Shown: positions 62,904-64,000 of the stretch, in pieces
How the letters are laid out: each line of letters begins with the position of its first letter
Numbering within the stretch: the first letter of the stretch is position 1
NCBI GenBank assembly: GCA_019421015.1
Contig: JAHZGC010000002.1
Span: forward strand, 1,619-65,618
DNA from: Coriobacteriaceae bacterium
GTDB taxonomy: Bacteria; Actinomycetota; Coriobacteriia; Coriobacteriales; UMGS124
Reading direction: 5' to 3'
Length of the DNA stretch: 64,000 bases
Program-made: the position numbers and the translations under genes
Notes under the pieces: generated by a model
The model's input: the letters and a program-made list of their open reading frames with translations, nothing else
Databases searched by the model: none
Told to the model about the DNA's origin: nothing

Positions 62904-63144
62904 GATTCAATGATAATCAAAAGCACAAGTTAGCCTGTCCCGCCCGTGTTGCCCTCATTTAGACAATCGACCCCCGTTTGTCGCGGGTTTGGGTGTTGCG
63001 TCCCCACGCAGGGTACAAGCTCCCCCAAGGCCCCGGTATCCGCGCCGCGCCTACGTCCCGCCCGTGCGTGCTTGCCGGGCGGCGCTTCCCTTGAGTGCGC
63101 GGGCTTCTCGGGCCGGACAACCCGCGTCATGCAAAGGAGTCCAC

Positions 63145-64000
63145 ATGATGGAGAACATCACGCGTCGCACGTTCGTCGCCGGGGCATCTGCCTTGGCCGC
63201 CACCGCCGCCGCAGAGGGAGCCGCCTCCGCCTTGGCCGATGCTGCCAAGGCTGATGACGACGCCAAACCCGCCGACGGCGCCCTGCCTGCCGATGGCGTC
63301 TACGTCGAGGAGGTCGAGGGCCGCAACGGCCTCGTGACCGTCGAGGTCACCTTCGGCAACGGCCAGATCGTCTCGGTGGTGGTCGTGGACCAGCAGGAGA
63401 CCGAGGTTTTCACGGCCGACGCCATCCCGCAGCTGTGCCAGGAGATCGTGGCCGCCCAGTCGTTTGGCATCGACGGCGTCTCGGGCGCGACCTTCACGAG
63501 CGCGGCTATTCTTACCGCCGTGCGCCAGGCCATCGTGGATGCCGGCGGCGACCCCGAGCAGTTCAACAAGCCCAGCCAGGTCGAAAAGGGCACCGACGAG
63601 ACCGTCGACGTCGACGTGGCCGTGGTGGGCGCCGGCATGAGCGGCATCCTGACCGCCGCCCGCGCCGCCGAGGCCGGGGCCACCGTGGCCCTGGTCGAGA
63701 AGGTGCGCCTCATCGGCGGCTGCTCGCTCATGAGCTTCATGAGCGCCATGTACGCGCCCGAAGACGCCAGCACCACCATGGTGCAGTGGGTTACCAACCA
63801 GATGTACCTGGCCGACCCCTCGCTGGTCTTTACCTATGTGCAGAACACCACGCCGGCCGTGCAGTGGCTGGCCGGGGCCACGCAGACCAGCATGTTCCCG
63901 TACCTCTCCGACCCCAACTCGATGTTCCCCACCATGCTCGAACCCTATATGGACCGCCCGACCACCTACAGCGAGCTCATGGACTCCACGGTGCTGGCCA
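63145..64000 (+). CDS. Tat-exported FMN_bind + FAD flavoprotein reductase, N-terminal part; 3' end outside window
   Basis: AAAGGAG SD. MMENITRRTFVAGASALAATAAA Tat signal. FMN_bind with IDGVSGATFTS. FAD fold DVAVVGAGMSGILTAARAAEAGA. The frame is open to the window end. Confidence 0.85.
   Translation, partial: MMENITRRTFVAGASALAATAAAEGAASALADAAKADDDAKPADGALPADGVYVEEVEGRNGLVTVEVTFGNGQIVSVVVVDQQETEVFTADAIPQLCQEIVAAQSFGIDGVSGATFTSAAILTAVRQAIVDAGGDPEQFNKPSQVEKGTDETVDVDVAVVGAGMSGILTAARAAEAGATVALVEKVRLIGGCSLMSFMSAMYAPEDASTTMVQWVTNQMYLADPSLVFTYVQNTTPAVQWLAGATQTSMFPYLSDPNSMFPTMLEPYMDRPTTYSELMDSTVLA

Overview
This is a GC-rich chromosomal segment. Its gene content points to a Coriobacteriia/Eggerthellaceae-type genome (Eggerthella/Gordonibacter-like): many Tat-exported flavoprotein reductases with FMN_bind domains, membrane-anchored LuxR regulators and high GC. 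That assignment is an inference, not a search result. About 45 genes are supported. They include: three intact or partial flavin reductases plus four reductase remnants; three paralogous Tat-exported 4Fe-4S proteins; three membrane LuxR regulators (one frameshifted) plus a LuxR stub; MocR and LysR regulators; PFOR; an frc-oxc-AEC oxalate locus; GluQRS; a PaaK-like ligase; and a UvrA-like ATPase. There are also several toxin-antitoxin-type modules (Phd/RelE-like, RHH-MNT/HEPN, orphan Doc, DUF3990/NADAR) and a lower-GC insertion. No rRNA, tRNA, CRISPR array or transposase gene was recognised. The most unusual content is non-coding. (i) At least ten intergenic arrays of 24-27-bp motifs are laid out as direct then inverted copies, mostly with 41-bp phasing and, in seven arrays, a 64-bp central step, in several sequence dialects. 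(ii) Six copies of a ~215-bp element with ~36-bp terminal inverted repeats bracket small gene cassettes. (iii) A conserved 29-bp inverted-repeat pair lies upstream of two redox operons. (iv) A ~460-bp insertion inside a terminator hairpin carries a small hydrophobic ORF and a convergent candidate sRNA. All domain calls come from reading the translations by eye; no database search was run.
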